A stretch of DNA of 64,000 bases. Origin: Octopus sinensis (lineage: Eukaryota). This document shows, in pieces, positions 25,363 through 38,368 of this stretch (position 1 is its first letter; every line of letters begins with the position of its first letter). The notes under the pieces were generated by a model, which saw only the letters and a list, made by a program, of their open reading frames with translations, did no database searches and had not been told where the DNA came from. The DNA is taken from the NCBI RefSeq assembly GCF_006345805.1, contig NC_043008.1:62620001-62684000 (forward strand). The letters run 5' to 3'. The position numbers were made by a program, and so were the translations under genes.

Positions 25363-25684
25363 ACCTAGTAAAATCTGATATTATGCACTTAAAAAACATG
25401 GTTGAATTTGGTTTATATGAGATGCTCATTAAATTTTTCTCTCCCATGTCATTGTCTATATATGTATGTATGCATGTATGTATGTATGTATGTATGTATG
25501 AATGTATGTATGTAAGTATATTGTCATTATAAATTTATAAGTCAGAAAACGAGCATACTCTACAATAAATAGAGCAGTTGTTTATTTTTATTTAGAGGAA
25601 CTGATATGTCTAGATCATGCTAACCATCTAGATATGAAACCAATGATATTTCTCTCACATTGTTATATTTCAAATACAAATATA

Positions 25685-25862
<178 letters not shown>

Positions 25863-26209
25863 ATGCATATGAAGTGGCATACACAAATTCATACTCAAAT
25901 CAGATACATATATTTCTCAAATTTCTATGTCACAGAATAGAAAAGTTATCTTTAAAATGCTTTTAAAAGTTTATTGATTGAAGAATCTGTTATAAATGAA
26001 GACTAACAATGTGTTGAAGCATAGGTGCTGAGATCTATAGAGAAAATATGTCAGTGACAAATGAGATATAATAAATTGTTGTATTTTTGGTATGTTTACT
26101 ACATGGAAAATGTAGTTCCAGAAGATGTGGTGGCAATTCTTATTTGTGTGAGAAAAAGTAAACACTTGTGTGAAAATAATTCTTACAACTTACTAATTAC
26201 TACATAGAA

Positions 26210-26860
26210 TATTGATTTCAAATTTTGGTGCAAGGCCAGCAATATTGAAGGAGTGGATAAACTGATTGCATTGACTCCAGTATTTAACTGGAATTTATTT
26301 TATTTTCCGATCTGTGCCAGTGGCACATAAAAGGCACCATTCGAGTGTGATCATTACCAGCGTTGCCTTACTGGCACTTGTGCCCGTGCTAGTAGGGTGC
26401 CAAGAGCACCATCTGAGTGTGATCATTGCCAGAGCAGCTAACTGGCTTCCATGCCGGTGTCATGTAAAAGGGCACCATTTGAGTGTGATCATTACCAGCG
26501 TCGACTTACTGGCACCTGTGCCGGTGGCATGTGTAAAAAGATTCGAGCGAGGTCATTGCCAGTACTGCCTGACTAGCCCCCGTGCTGGTGGCACATTAAA
26601 GCACCACACTTCTCGGAGTGGTTGACGTTAGGAAAGGCATCCAGCTGTAGAAACTCTGGCAGATCAAGACTGGAGCCTGGTGCAGCCATCTGGTTCGCCA
26701 GCCCTCAGTCAAATCGTCCAACCCATGCCAGCATGGAAAGCGGACGTTAAACGATGATGAGGATGAACCCTGAAAGAATGAAAGGCAAAGTCAACCTTCA
26801 TGGAATTTGAACTCAGAACATGAAGAAAAATGTGCTAACAATTCTGCCAGTTCACCACCT
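26210..26860 (-). mobile_element. Old SINE family C, split by an RTE-tail insertion
   Basis: 26210-26305 and 26766-26860 are the two halves of family C in reverse. Confidence 0.7.
26311..26765 (+). mobile_element. RTE-type 3' tail element with ~60-70-bp internal tandem units
   Basis: GTGCCRGTGGCAC units, then GTTAGGAAAGGCATCCAGCTGTAGAAA...GCATGGAAAGCGGACGTTAAACGATGATGA. Confidence 0.8.
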
Positions 26861-27224
26861 TATTACTGTATAAAATATTAGTGAGACTGTGTGATGTGTT
26901 GTGTCCTTGAGCAAAACACTTCATTTCAGTTGCTCCAGTCCACTTAATTTGCAAAATGAGTTATCCTATGGCCCGGTGTCCTGACCAGGTGGGGAATGTA
27001 TACAACACAGAAACTAGGAAAGCTTTCCTATGAGTCTATATTACTCTGGAAGGATCTTTATCTTATCTATCTATCTGTCTATCTGTCTATCTATCTATCT
27101 ATCTATCTACTTATCTGTCTACTTATCTATCTATTTATCTATCTACCTGTCTGTCTGTCTGCCTATCTCTCTCTCTCTCTCTCTATATATATAATATATA
27201 TATATATATATTATATATATATAT

Positions 27225-27257
<33 letters not shown>

Positions 27258-27351
27258 ACGGAAGCTTTATGAAAATAAACAAAAGACGAAGGCAGGTGGA
27301 AAACAAACGAACAATTGTATTAGTATGGCGCTCAGGAAATATAAATAAAAC

Positions 27352-27395
27352 AAGTCTTTAACGTTTCGAGCCTACGCTCTTCAAGAAATACACAT
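27352..27395 (-). ncRNA. Minimal hammerhead-like motif in the Penelope 3' region
   Basis: Minus strand CTTGAA-GAGC-GTAG-GCTC-GAAACGTTA, with a 4-bp stem II and palindromic AACGTT stem III. The CUGA box is non-canonical. Confidence 0.5.
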
Positions 27396-28279
27396 AGAGA
27401 GAAAAACACAGAAGAAGGAGAGAAAAAATGCGTGCAGTAGCTAACGAATCAACATGGCGATCTGATTTCGGCCAGAGGTCAAAGATCAAACTGAGACGCG
27501 AGAGCGAAATAAGGGAGATAATAGGGTTGATAAAGGGTTGAGGGACCAGCTAAAAGTGCGTGGGAGGGGTCTGGATGTGTGTATGTATAGGGTTGGTGTA
27601 TTATTAGTATGTATACGGGTGTGTGTGTGTGTTGTGTGTGTGTGTGTGTATGAGAGAGTATTAGTGCGTAAGATTGGTCTGGACGTGCGTATGTATGGGG
27701 TTGGTGTATTTATTAGTATGTATAGTATGTATTAGTACGTATTGGTATGTATAGGTATGTGTGTGTGTGTGAGAGAGTATAAGTGCGTATGCGGGGTCTG
27801 GACGTGTGTATGTATAGGGTTGGGTAAGTATTAGTATGTACTAGTATGTATTAGTACGTATTAGTATGTATTAGTTGGTGTGTGTATTAGTATGGCACAT
27901 CATATGTGATGTGATGTGTAAAGTCATGTGGTGTAGTGAGGAGAAGAAGGGGAGGGGGAGAGAAGGGGAGAAGAAAAAGTGGGGGAAGAGGGGGAGAAGA
28001 GGGGGGAGAGAAGGGGAGGGGAAGAAGAGAGGGAGGAGAAGGGGAAGAGGAGAGGATGGGGGAGGAGGAAGGGGAGGAGGGGGATGAAGGAGGAAAGAGG
28101 GAGAGGGGGAGAGAGGGAGTGAGGAGGGAGCAGAGGGAAGGGGAAGAGGGAGGGAGAAAGAGGGAAGAAGTGAGGGGAGTAGGGGTGAAAGGATGAAGGA
28201 CTGAAGAAGTAGGGGTCGGGGGGAAAGGATAGGTGAGGAGGGGGTAGAGTGGGTTAGATGAGGAGGGGGGGAGAGTTGA

Positions 28280-28934
28280 GACCAAATGGCGTATAAGAGC
28301 GAAGAGAGAAGATTAATCCTGTTCACGGCGCAACGGGAATCCGGATGGCCTCTGTGTAGGACAAACCGAACACAGATAGGTGTTGCAAGGAGTGACCGGT
28401 GGAGCGGAAATGCGTGAGACGGTGTGTCGTTCGCAAGGTGGATGTCACGAAGGTTTTCGCGAACCGGTCAGCCAGCGGCGTCCCATTTGTCCGATGTCAA
28501 GGAATTGCAGAGAGAGCAAGTGATGCAATAGATAATATTGCTGGAGGTGCAGGTGAAGGAGTGGATGATGGGATAGGGTCGATGGTGGTGCTAGTGAGGC
28601 GGGTGGTGTTGGAGAGGTAAGGGCAAGTGCGGCAACGTGGGCGGGAGCAGGGGAACGAGCCGGGTTGGGAGGTAGGGTCAGGAAGGAGCTATGGACCAAA
28701 AGGTCTCGAAGGTTGTGGGCTCGTTTGAAAGAGGGGAGGGGTCGGTTAGGGAAGAGGTGTGAAGTGGACGGGTCGGACTGGAGATGACGGAAAGCTCGAA
28801 GAATGGTGCGTTGGAGACGTAGGGTCGTGGGGTGGTAAGTGAGGGGAAAAGGGAGGGGCGGGAGACTACAGGGCGGTTTCGGGGAGAGAGCAGATACACG
28901 GTCCACGGACCGTGCTCTGGCAAGGGCGGTATCA
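28280..28934 (-). pseudogene. Penelope-like ORF C-terminus: linker, Cys motif and GIY-YIG endonuclease (frameshifted)
   Basis: PFPLTYHPTT..ILRAFRHLQSDPSTSHLFP..PSFKRAHNLRDLLVHS, PCSRPRCRTCPY, SFTCTSSNIIYCITCSLC, IGQMGRR and HFRSTGHS. Confidence 0.9.
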
Positions 28935-29637
28935 ATATCTATATAAATCTATATCTATATCTATCTATATATATAGATAGATAGATAGATATCTAGCAAT
29001 GTGATACAGTGGTATACTTACTATAAATAAATCTACTTTATCTTCAAGTTATTTATTTGTCATTGAAACATATTTATATTTGTAAACAGTAAATATTTGT
29101 AGAAGTGAAATTTCATGTTAAGTTAGCTTTTATTAATCTCTTTTAGAAAATAGTATTTTTTAGATGTTAACATTTAAAAGCAGAGAATCATGTTTAATAA
29201 CAATTTCTAATTCAGTTATGAGGATAGCAGACTTTTGTGGGTGATGGCGAGTTGTATTTTATTTGTATCTTAACTTGTATTTTATTTTCTTAACACTGAA
29301 AAAATAAAATACACTGTTGAGCTTAGTGGGATTTGAACTTAGAGTATCTTGACTAAATACTGACTGTAAAGCATGACTGTTAAAAATGCCATCACAATCC
29401 ATAACAAATATGTAGCCTAAAGGGGTTTTAGACCAGTATTTCCCTTTGAATCCTGTTTTACTTAGATAAATCCTCATAGTTTGTGTTTTGTTGGAATGTA
29501 ACGTATTTATGCAGAGAAATTTTAACAACAAAATCTTATATGGAAACTCCAGAGCTATGAGGACTGTAGTTGAGAAACACTGCTTTAGACACACAACAAT
29601 GAGAATTTAAGATGTCTGTCTTATGTCCTAACCATGT

Positions 29638-29940
29638 AGTGAAATGCGTGGCTTAGTGGTTAGGGCATTCGGCTTACGATTGTAAGGTTTTGAGCTCAAT
29701 TCCCAGCAACACGTAGTGTCCTTGAGCAAGACATTTTATTTCATGTTGCTCCAGTCTGCTCAACTGTATTTCAAAGGGGTAGCCTTGTCAGACTCTGTTG
29801 TCATGCTGAATCTCCCTGAGAACTATGTTAGGGGTACACAAATATGTGGATTGCTCAGTCACTTGCACATTAATTTCATGAGCAAGCTGTTCCGTTGATC
29901 GTATCAGCTGGGATCCTTGTCGTCATAACCAACGGAGTGC
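29638..29940 (+). mobile_element. tRNA-headed SINE, B/D-type head with an alternative 3' module
   Basis: GCGTGGCTTAGTGGTTAGGGC head, GTCCTTGAGCAAGAC box and ACTTGCACATTAATTTCATGAGC module shared with 11330-11405. Confidence 0.75.
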
Positions 29941-30191
29941 TCCTATAACCATGTATGGTTCGCCATTAGCTTCTCTGACCTATCCATTCATGTTTGGCCA
30001 TTATCTTCTCTGTAAGAATCTCCTCTTCGATTTAACAAATTCTATAGACACAAACTCAAATTTAGGGAGGGGTATAAGTCAACTGCAGTATTTTAATCCT
30101 CCTGAATACTCACATTCATTGCACAATAAACTTAATTTGGGCAGAGGGCAGTTTAGTTGTCAACAACAAGACAAGTTATCAAAGCTATCGG

Positions 30192-30528
30192 AGACCCCCT
30201 TCGGTCATGAATGACCATGGGATTGCACCTAGAAAGTTACCCTCCGAGGCACAAGTCCGGGCAAGGTTGTTTATGGAAGACCAGTAGTCACCCATGCATA
30301 CCAGCCTCCCCTCTCCACACCACCGATGTTATCCAAGGGAAAGGCAAAAGTCGATATAGCTTGGCACCAGTGACGTTGCAACTCATTTCTACAGTTGAGT
30401 GAACTGGAGCAACATGAAAAAAAAAGGGTCTTGCTCAAGAACACAACATGCAGCCCAGTCCGGGATTCAAACTTACAACCTTGCGGTCGTGAATTCGACG
30501 CTCTAACCACTGAGCCATACGCCTTCAC
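30192..30528 (-). mobile_element. SINE family D
   Basis: Minus head GGCGTATGGCTCAGTGGTTAGAGCG, tail GGTGCAATCCCATGGTCATTCATGACCGAAGGGGGTC. Same family as 63396-63925. Confidence 0.85.
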
Positions 30529-30722
30529 GAAACTGGTAAAACTTTGATAAATAAAGACCAAATACAAAATAAAAAGAAATTCTTGATTGATATTATTTTT
30601 ACTTTGACAAAAGTGAGAGACAATGCCATATGTGAGCCATTCCTTTTGAAACTCTTCAGTATGAGAATTTATTGTAATTAGCTGAATATTTAATGATCTT
30701 ATTAAAAATGCATGCATACATA

Positions 30723-32378
30723 CAAGAGGTGTTCATTAAAGATTTCTTCTGACCAACTTCCAATTATATTGTAGGGAACTGAACTTGTACAGATATAAAC
30801 ATACTTGTCTCTAAATGTCACATTGTAAATTGCAGCTGTCCACTAGTATTCGTTTGTCTTTTATGGCTGCTGAAGTGGACTTAGGTGTTATAATAGAGGC
30901 AGCTGAATGCAGCAAATTAGTGAAAGGTTGTTCACCAGAAGTGATTTTTGATCAGATGAAAGAGATTTATGGTGATGGTGCACCATCATATGATGTAGTC
31001 AATCACTGGCATTGTCAGTTCAAATGTGATCGGATATTGGTGGAAACGGTTCTTATTCCTGGATGACCACATTCCGCCACTGATCACAGCACTATCTATA
31101 GAGTGGAAACTGCCACTAGCTCAATCTTGGAGGCTGTCCTCATAGCGGCTGGCTTCAGTCCCATATTCCATGGCTGGATAGCTGCCTTGTACAGAGACAT
31201 CCGTTCGGTAATTCGCGTGAATGGGCATCTATCGAGACCTTTCGACATTGCATGTTCAGTCCGTCAGAGATGCCCCCTCTTGTTGCTTCTGTACGTATTG
31301 ACTCTTGAGCCACAACTGTGGAAGCTGGCGAGGCTGAGGAGCATCCTGTGAGAACTGGGGTGCAGGACAAGCATGTCCACATATGCAGACAACGTCGCCG
31401 TCATAGTGTCTAGCCATGAGCACATCGAGCTAGTCGGCAGGACACTGCAAGACTACGAAGCGGTGATGAGAGCAAAAATTCCACTGCTGATCACGGCACT
31501 ATCCATAGAGTGGAAGCTGCCACTAGCCCAAGAAGCAAAGATAAATGTAGTGTTCATGGAAACAAAATCATTCACGATCATTTGCATTTGTAGACGTTGT
31601 CTAGACGATGGATTCCCTTGATGTTCACACCTTTTCAGAAGAAGAGATGAGTCACTTGCTCTCAGGATCTTTTGGCAATGTGCCAAGAGAAAGAGGAGGA
31701 CATTTTCAGCACACTTATCGCACAGGATTAATCATAGGTCTATCACAATGATCCTGAGACTAAAGTCCAGTCAAAGCAATGGAAGCATGATAATTCACCA
31801 TCACCAAAGAAAGCTCATATCCAATTCTCAGCAGGCAAGGTGATGCTCACAGTCTTTTTGAACCAGCAAGGAATAGTGATGATGGATTTTCTGGCAAAGG
31901 GCACCACAATTAATGGGGTATATTAACCTTCTCCGCTGCAGAAATTGTGGGATGCCATCAAAGCAGAGGGGTGTTGCATGCTGACCGAAGGAGTCTGCCT
32001 CCTCCAAGACAACACCTCAGTTCCCAATGTGCATGTTGCCCACATGAAAGTACACTCCTACAGCTATGAAACCCTTCTTCATCCCCCTTACTCTCCTGAC
32101 CTCACACCACCTGACTTCTCCTCTTTCCAACCATGAAATCTTTTTGAAGGAGAAGCCCCTTTTGGCTAATGATGAACTTATTTCTGAAGTAAAGTCTTGG
32201 CTCCAGACGCAACCTACCAGCTTCCACACATGAGGTCTTCCCAGCTGCATAAAGTGATGGGAAAAGAGTGTCATCATTAGTGGTGGCTATGTAGAGAAGA
32301 ACTAATAATTATATCAAGATTTGCTCATCCCAGTTCTTGGGAAGTGGGTCAGGGGAAATCTTTAATGAACATCCCTTG
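30723..32378 (+). mobile_element. Near-complete defective mariner (DD34D; irritans-like) with an internal LINE insertion
   Basis: TA TSDs and ~39-bp TIRs CAAGAGGTGTTCATTAAAGATTTCTTCTGACCAACTTCC / CAAGGGATGTTCATTAAAGATTTCCCCTGACCCACTTCC. Transposase motifs YGDGAPSY..W...FK, RWIP, DPETKVQSKQW, LLQDN and HPPYSPDLTPPDF. Confidence 0.95.
31121..31477 (+). mobile_element. Internal L1/Tx1-clade reverse-transcriptase fragment inside the mariner
   Basis: GFSPIFHGWIAALY..IRVNGHLSRPF..SVRQRCPL..LYVLTLEP and STYADNV..YEAVMRAKI resemble RQGCPLSP, YADD and GAKIN. Flanked by 50-bp direct repeats at 31071-31120 and 31478-31527. Confidence 0.9.
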
Positions 32379-32738
32379 TATACATACATATATCTACATT
32401 TCTTTATATAGGTGTATGAGTATGTATGTAACTATAATTAGTATAACCCATAATACTGCTAATAATTTGGGATAAAGAGTGCTTTAAATTCAATTAATCT
32501 ATATTAATCATGAGTCTCATTATGTAATTATGGTATTCATGATGATTTTTGCTAAAATTGTTGTTGAAATTAATCAAATTATAGAATCTATGAAATTTTT
32601 GCTTTCTGGTGTTTTATTCTAAATATATTTTACTCTGCATCATAGCTTTGGCTGATTGGGTATATACATGCAAGGTATGTTTTTTTGTTGTTTTATACTC
32701 CATTTCTTTTCATATGAATACATGCATATTTATGTATG

Positions 32739-32776
<38 letters not shown>

Positions 32777-32974
32777 TGTATGTAGGTATGTATATATAGA
32801 TGTATATATACATGTATGTATTCATATAGAAAAAAATATGTATAAAGCATAAAAAAATATACCTTTCATCTCCATGCACACACACATACACACATGGTCA
32901 CATATTGAAATGACTGGAAGGGAATGGGTGAAGAAAAAGTTCTTTACATACTATGAGCTTCACACACATATACA

Positions 32975-33142
32975 TATATATGGGGGCGGCTTCTTTCAGT
33001 TTCCATCTACCAAATCCACTCACAAGGCTTTGGTTGGCTCAAGGCTATAGTAAAAGACACTTGCTCAAGTTGCACTCAGTGAGACTGAACCGAGAATCAT
33101 GTGGTTGGAAAGCAAGCTTCTTACCACACAGCCACACCTGTG
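32975..33142 (-). mobile_element. SINE family A, 5' half
   Basis: GGCTTCTTTCAGTTTCCATCTACCAAATCCACTCACAAGGC...TTACCACACAGCCACACCTGTGCC. Confidence 0.8.
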
Positions 33143-34808
33143 CCTGCTTACCCAGCAAACTAGAAGAGATCTAATATTAATTCAGATTGTCATATCACCA
33201 GCTGATGTTTTGGTTGTTTACCAGTTTTATCAGCCAATCAGAGACATAATAAATCAGTTAGTTTGGCTCCGTAAACAGAATGCAAAACACTTTATTCTCC
33301 CTTAGTTGTTTCATTTGACACTTAGTAGTTTGAGTAAGTAGCCATTCTCGTCTCTCTTTAAATAGAACCATCAATAGTGGTTCTACTTTCTTCCATTTAG
33401 TTGTAATAGAAGATACATTTTAAGCAAGCAAGACCAAAATGACATTACCTGTTGCTGTCAAATTATGTATGATAATAACACTATGTAGTTCATGAATTAT
33501 TCAAATGACTATTACAAACATCAACATATGCATCTATTTTCTTCAAACACATTATGTAAACCTAATTTTTATTAATGGTACTAATTGCCTCCCAAAGAAT
33601 TAGTGACCAAACATGTATATTATTTTTCACTCTGTGCATTACTGTCCATTTTTAACTAGTATTCACAATCTTTGTAAAAGGAAGTGCTTTTTAATTACTT
33701 TGAGTTCTCTATCCACTTGAGCTGAATAATGGTGAGACATGTAAACTGAAAGCTTATTGATACATACAGTTTATATTTGTTGTACTTCTCTCTAAATACT
33801 TTATTTTCTGTAACATAACATTTCTATATTCATTGAAGGCTTCTGGATGTATTGAGCATAGCATAAAATTAAACAAACTTCAATATTTTAAATTAGCGTT
33901 AGAAAAAAATGTCCTTTAGCTGAAAGAGTATAAATAAGATTTTTCTGAGCAAGTTGAAGTTACTTAAACAATTCATAGCTTCCAATTCATAAAGATACAC
34001 AAATAAATAAAACAATATTCAAATGAATTGTGGAAGATAGTCTCTAGAGCAAAATTTTGATAATTTCTTATGTTTTGTTGATAAGCATAATCATAAATTC
34101 TTCTCTTGTTTGAAAAGATAGTCTTTTGAACAAAATACATTAGGGGAATTAATAATCTTTAATATTTTTAATCTAATTTATTTCATTTGTCATCTTTTAC
34201 TATTTTGCCATACTGAAATTTTATGTTTGAAAAAAGTACACAAAAAATATAATTTTAATGAAATATTCTCAATTTGAAAGTGATTTCTTTATATCTCATG
34301 AGAAGCTAGATTTGGTAAAAATGAAAGTAACTGAAATGAAATTGAGTAGACAATTTGAGTATTTTGTCATAAAACATATTACGAAGAAGAAAATTCAAAT
34401 TCACAGTATAATTTTTATTTTACATGAAATAAAGCATTTCAGAATTTAAAGAGGAAATCATACTGAAATATATGTTAAAAAGATAATGTTTCTTAAAAGC
34501 ATCACTTGAAAGACAGAGAAAACTGCCTTGTAGAACAGGCAAAATATATATATAGCATTGAGAGTGTCTCTTAATGGCACCATTTCTACTCTCTTCTGCA
34601 ATGAAGTGAGCAGAAGTGCCATCAAGAACAACATAGATGCTTTTGAGAATACATCAATATGAATCTCGCTAAAAAAGAGGTGAATATTGGAGTCAATAGA
34701 AAGCACTTGAGCACAAACCTAGACTCGATCAGTCTTGGTCAGGTTGCCTAAGCTAAAATATATGCTGAGACACAAATTATCAATGGCTCAAGAAAATAAC
34801 ACTGATGA

Positions 34809-35232
34809 TACTCTTTACTCTTTTACTTGTTTCAGTCATTTGACTGCGGCTATGCTGGAGCACCTCCTTTTAGTCGAGCAAATCGACCCCGGGACTTATT
34901 CTTTGTAAGCCCAGTACTTATTCTATCGGTCTCTTTTGCCGAACCGCTAAGTGATGGGGACGTAAACACACCAGCATCGGTTGTCAAGCAATGCTAGGGG
35001 AACAAACACAGACACACAAACACACACAAACACACACATACATATATATATACATATATACATATATACGACAGGCTTCTTTCAGTTTCCGTCTACCAAA
35101 TCCACTCACAAGGCATTGGTCGGCCCTGGGCTATAGCAGAAGACACTTGCCCAAGTTGCCATGCAGTGGGACTGAACCCGGAACCATGTGGTTGGTTAGC
35201 AAGCTACTTACCACACAGCCACTCCTGCGCCT
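34809..35232 (-). mobile_element. SINE family A, full length
   Basis: Near-consensus reverse copy with CpGs largely retained. Confidence 0.9.
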
Positions 35233-35343
35233 ATGATGTGTCCAAATATTACATCTCTAGGGTATAATAGATTTATACACACACATGTGTGCATGTGTGT
35301 ATGTGTATCTGTCTATGTATCTATGTGTATATATATATATATA

Positions 35344-35536
35344 TCATCATCATCATCATCATCATCATCGTTTAACATCCTCTTTCCATGCTAGCATCTG
35401 TTGGACGATTTGACTGAGGTCTGGTGAACCAGATGGCTGCCCCAGGCTCCAATCTTGATCTGGCAGAGTTTCTACAGCTGGATGCTGTTCCTAGTGCCAA
35501 CCACTCCATGAGTGTAGTGGGTTCTTTTACGTGCCA
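35344..35536 (-). mobile_element. RTE-type 3' tail element
   Basis: (CAT)n CGTTTAACATCC...CAGCTGGATGCTGTTCCTAGTGCCAACCAC. Confidence 0.8.
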
Positions 35537-35540
35537 AGCG

Positions 35541-35652
35541 GCAGAAATATAGCAAAAGCTGTTACTCAGAGTTTCACATTCCCGTTCAGCGAACAAAACT
35601 GTTCAACGAATGGGAATGTGAAACTGAGTAACAGCTTTTGTTATATTTCTGC
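35541..35652. repeat. Hairpin (~46-bp arms) made of two head-to-head hammerhead-like motifs
   Basis: GCAGAAATATAGCAAAAGCTGTTACTCAGAGTTTCACATTCCCGTTC pairs with GAATGGGAATGTGAAACTGAGTAACAGCTTTTGTTATATTTCTGC. A short tail then runs into (TA)n at 35739. Confidence 0.85.
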
Positions 35653-36019
35653 AGCTTCTAAATAAAGCATATTACTCTACCTCTGGTATTTGAGTACTCT
35701 TTTTTCCACCCCGTTTCACATTTATGTGCTTACTCTGGTATATATATATATATATATACATACCAATAATTTATTAGTGTGATTTACAAAGTAGACTAAT
35801 TAATTAATTAATTAATTAATTATATAATATAGATATCAACTTTATTTTTAAATTCAGGATTCAGAAATTTTTGAGTTTAGTTTACGAGGTATTTGAGGGG
35901 AATTAATAATTAAAGAAATCTATCCTAATGGACAATTAGTAGAAATATATGATTATAGTTTAGCCCTAATGCAATCTCTGTGAACAAGTGATTAATTTAT
36001 AATTGCTAAAGTTGACAGT

Positions 36020-36450
36020 GCTCTCTCTCTCTCTCTCTCTCTTTCTCACTCTTTCTCACTCTTTCTCCTTCTTTCATTCTCTCTTTCTTTCTGTCTTTAT
36101 CTCTCTGTCTCTGTGTGTTATTCTTTATCTCTACTTCACTCTCTCTCGCTCTCTTTTTCTCTTTGTCAGCTTGTTTCTCTCTCAGTCTATCTGCCTCTCT
36201 CTTTCTATTTCTCTCTTTTTTTCTGTACCTTTCTCTCTTCCCCTCTGTCTCTGTGTATTTCTTCTTCTGTCTCTACCTCTCTTTCTCTTTCTCTCCTTTT
36301 CTCTCTTTGTTTCTCCCTATGTCTATCTATCTCCTTGTCTGTGTCTCTTTCTGTTTATCTCTCTCTCTCTTTATTTCTTTCTTTCTTCCTTTCTTTCTTT
36401 CCCCCTCTATACCCCTACATGTGTTCCTACCAATCTCTCTCCTCCTCTGT
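36020..36450. repeat. (CT)-rich polypyrimidine tract
   Basis: Read directly. Confidence 0.9.
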
Positions 36451-36708
36451 CAGAATCAGTTATCTTGCCATAAGAGTAAGATCGTGCCAGACCATCCATA
36501 ATGTCCCTTTCACCAGACAGAGAATACAGTTGAGTGAAAGGCTATCAATCTCTTTTGCATAGTGGAAAACTTATACCAAGGAAGCCATTCAAGAATGGAC
36601 CAACGATTAATACATCATGCAACAGAAATGCAAATAATAAAAGATGTTGAAATAGTTCAAACAATTTTCTGAACATATTTAAGTATTATAAGCACTACAG
36701 TGGATATT

Positions 36709-37028
36709 TTTTATTTTTGTTTATGCTCTCTTTTCAAGCCTAGCCAGGCTCATGGGCCCGGTTGCCCGGTTTCTATGGCATATGTGTTTCTCTCAGCTGG
36801 ACAGGACGCCAGTCCATCACAGCATTACTCAAGAAACAGGAAGTGAGAGTGAGAGAAAGTTGGGGTGAAAGAGTACAACAAGGGTTGCCACCACCACCCT
36901 GCTGGAGCCTCGTGGAGCTTTTAGGTGTTTTCGCTCAATAAACACACAGAACGCCCGGTCTGGGAATCAAAGCCATGATCCTCCGACCGCGAGTCTGCTG
37001 CCCTAACCACTGGGCCATTGCACCTCCA
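36709..37028 (-). mobile_element. SINE family B, full length
   Basis: Reverse of 20678-20994. TSD CACTACAGTGGATATT at 36693-36708 and 37027-37042. Confidence 0.9.
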
Positions 37029-37770
37029 CTACAGTGGATATTAGTTGCGATAAATATTCAGTGCCAGTCCCAAATGAACCTAACCGTTTCTGCTAATCTC
37101 AGTCAAAACAACACCACCAGAGATTCCTTAATTAAGAACTTCTCTTGTCAGGTCAGATTTAGTCAGAATTATTTTTAATGTCATTTTTTTGTTTTATCTT
37201 CTCTTCCTTGTTTCAGTCATTAGACTGTGGCCATGCTGTGGCACCATCTTCAACAATTTATTTTAGTCAATGAATTCATCCTAGTACACCAGTATCTAGT
37301 GGTGGTGCAGGACAAACACATATACAAAGATATACACATAAATATATACACATACATACACATATGTGTGTGTGTATATATAAATTTTTTTCAACTGGTT
37401 TTCATCAATAAGACAAGTCATGTTTTTGCTTTACATTAATATTGTTAAATTTTATTGAATTATTTACTGTTAATATACATATATTTATATATTTATTGTT
37501 TTATCATAATATCTAAATTTATGTCATTTTTTTGACCTGAAGTGTGGCTAAATATTTTAAAATTGTATTAATATTAAATTTTAATATTATCGATTTATAT
37601 ATTTAGTCATGAAATGTGCGTAGTCAAGTTAATGTTTGATTTGTTATGAGATTTTTAGAATAATAATTATAAGATATTTAATTAATTTCTATGTGGTTAT
37701 TATAGATAATAACTTTTCACTATTGAGGGAATAACTAAATAGTGGTTTGTCTCTAAATTATATATATATA

Positions 37771-38041
37771 TTCCATGATCAACGCCACTAGCAGAAAGAA
37801 TTTGTCAAATCAAAACAAATTAGAGTGGTTTTGCAAGAGGGGGTATTACCATGACATATATATCACTAAGGTATACATATATATATATATATATCATCAT
37901 CATCATCATCATCGTTTAACGTCCGTTCTCCATGCTAGCATGGGTTGGACGGTTCGACCAGGGTTCTGGGAAGCCAGAAGGCTGCACCAGGCTCCAGTCT
38001 AATCTGGGAATGTTTCTACAGCTGGATGCCCTTCCTAACGC

Positions 38042-38076
<35 letters not shown>

Positions 38077-38334
38077 TTATATATATATATATTATATATA
38101 TATATACATATATATATAATATATGTATATATATATATAATATATATATTATATATAATATATATATATATATAATATATATATTATATATATATTATAT
38201 ATATATAATATATATATATAATATATATAATATATAATATATATATATATATTATATATAATATATACATATATAATATTTACATATATATTAATATATA
38301 TATATATATGTATATATGTATATATGTATATATG

Positions 38335-38368
<34 letters not shown>

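Larger units (their letters stand above)
27258..28934 (-). mobile_element. 5'-truncated Penelope-like element (Neptune-type) inserted in (TA)n
   Basis: GIY-YIG coding remnant followed by a long pyrimidine tract, (CA)n-rich UTR and a hammerhead-like motif. (TA)n on both flanks. CpGs are retained, suggesting a young copy. Confidence 0.9.

Noticed and set aside
29418-29582. Possible hAT MITE ending GTTGAGAAACACTG
   Set aside because: Only one convincing terminal repeat; left end and TSD unclear.
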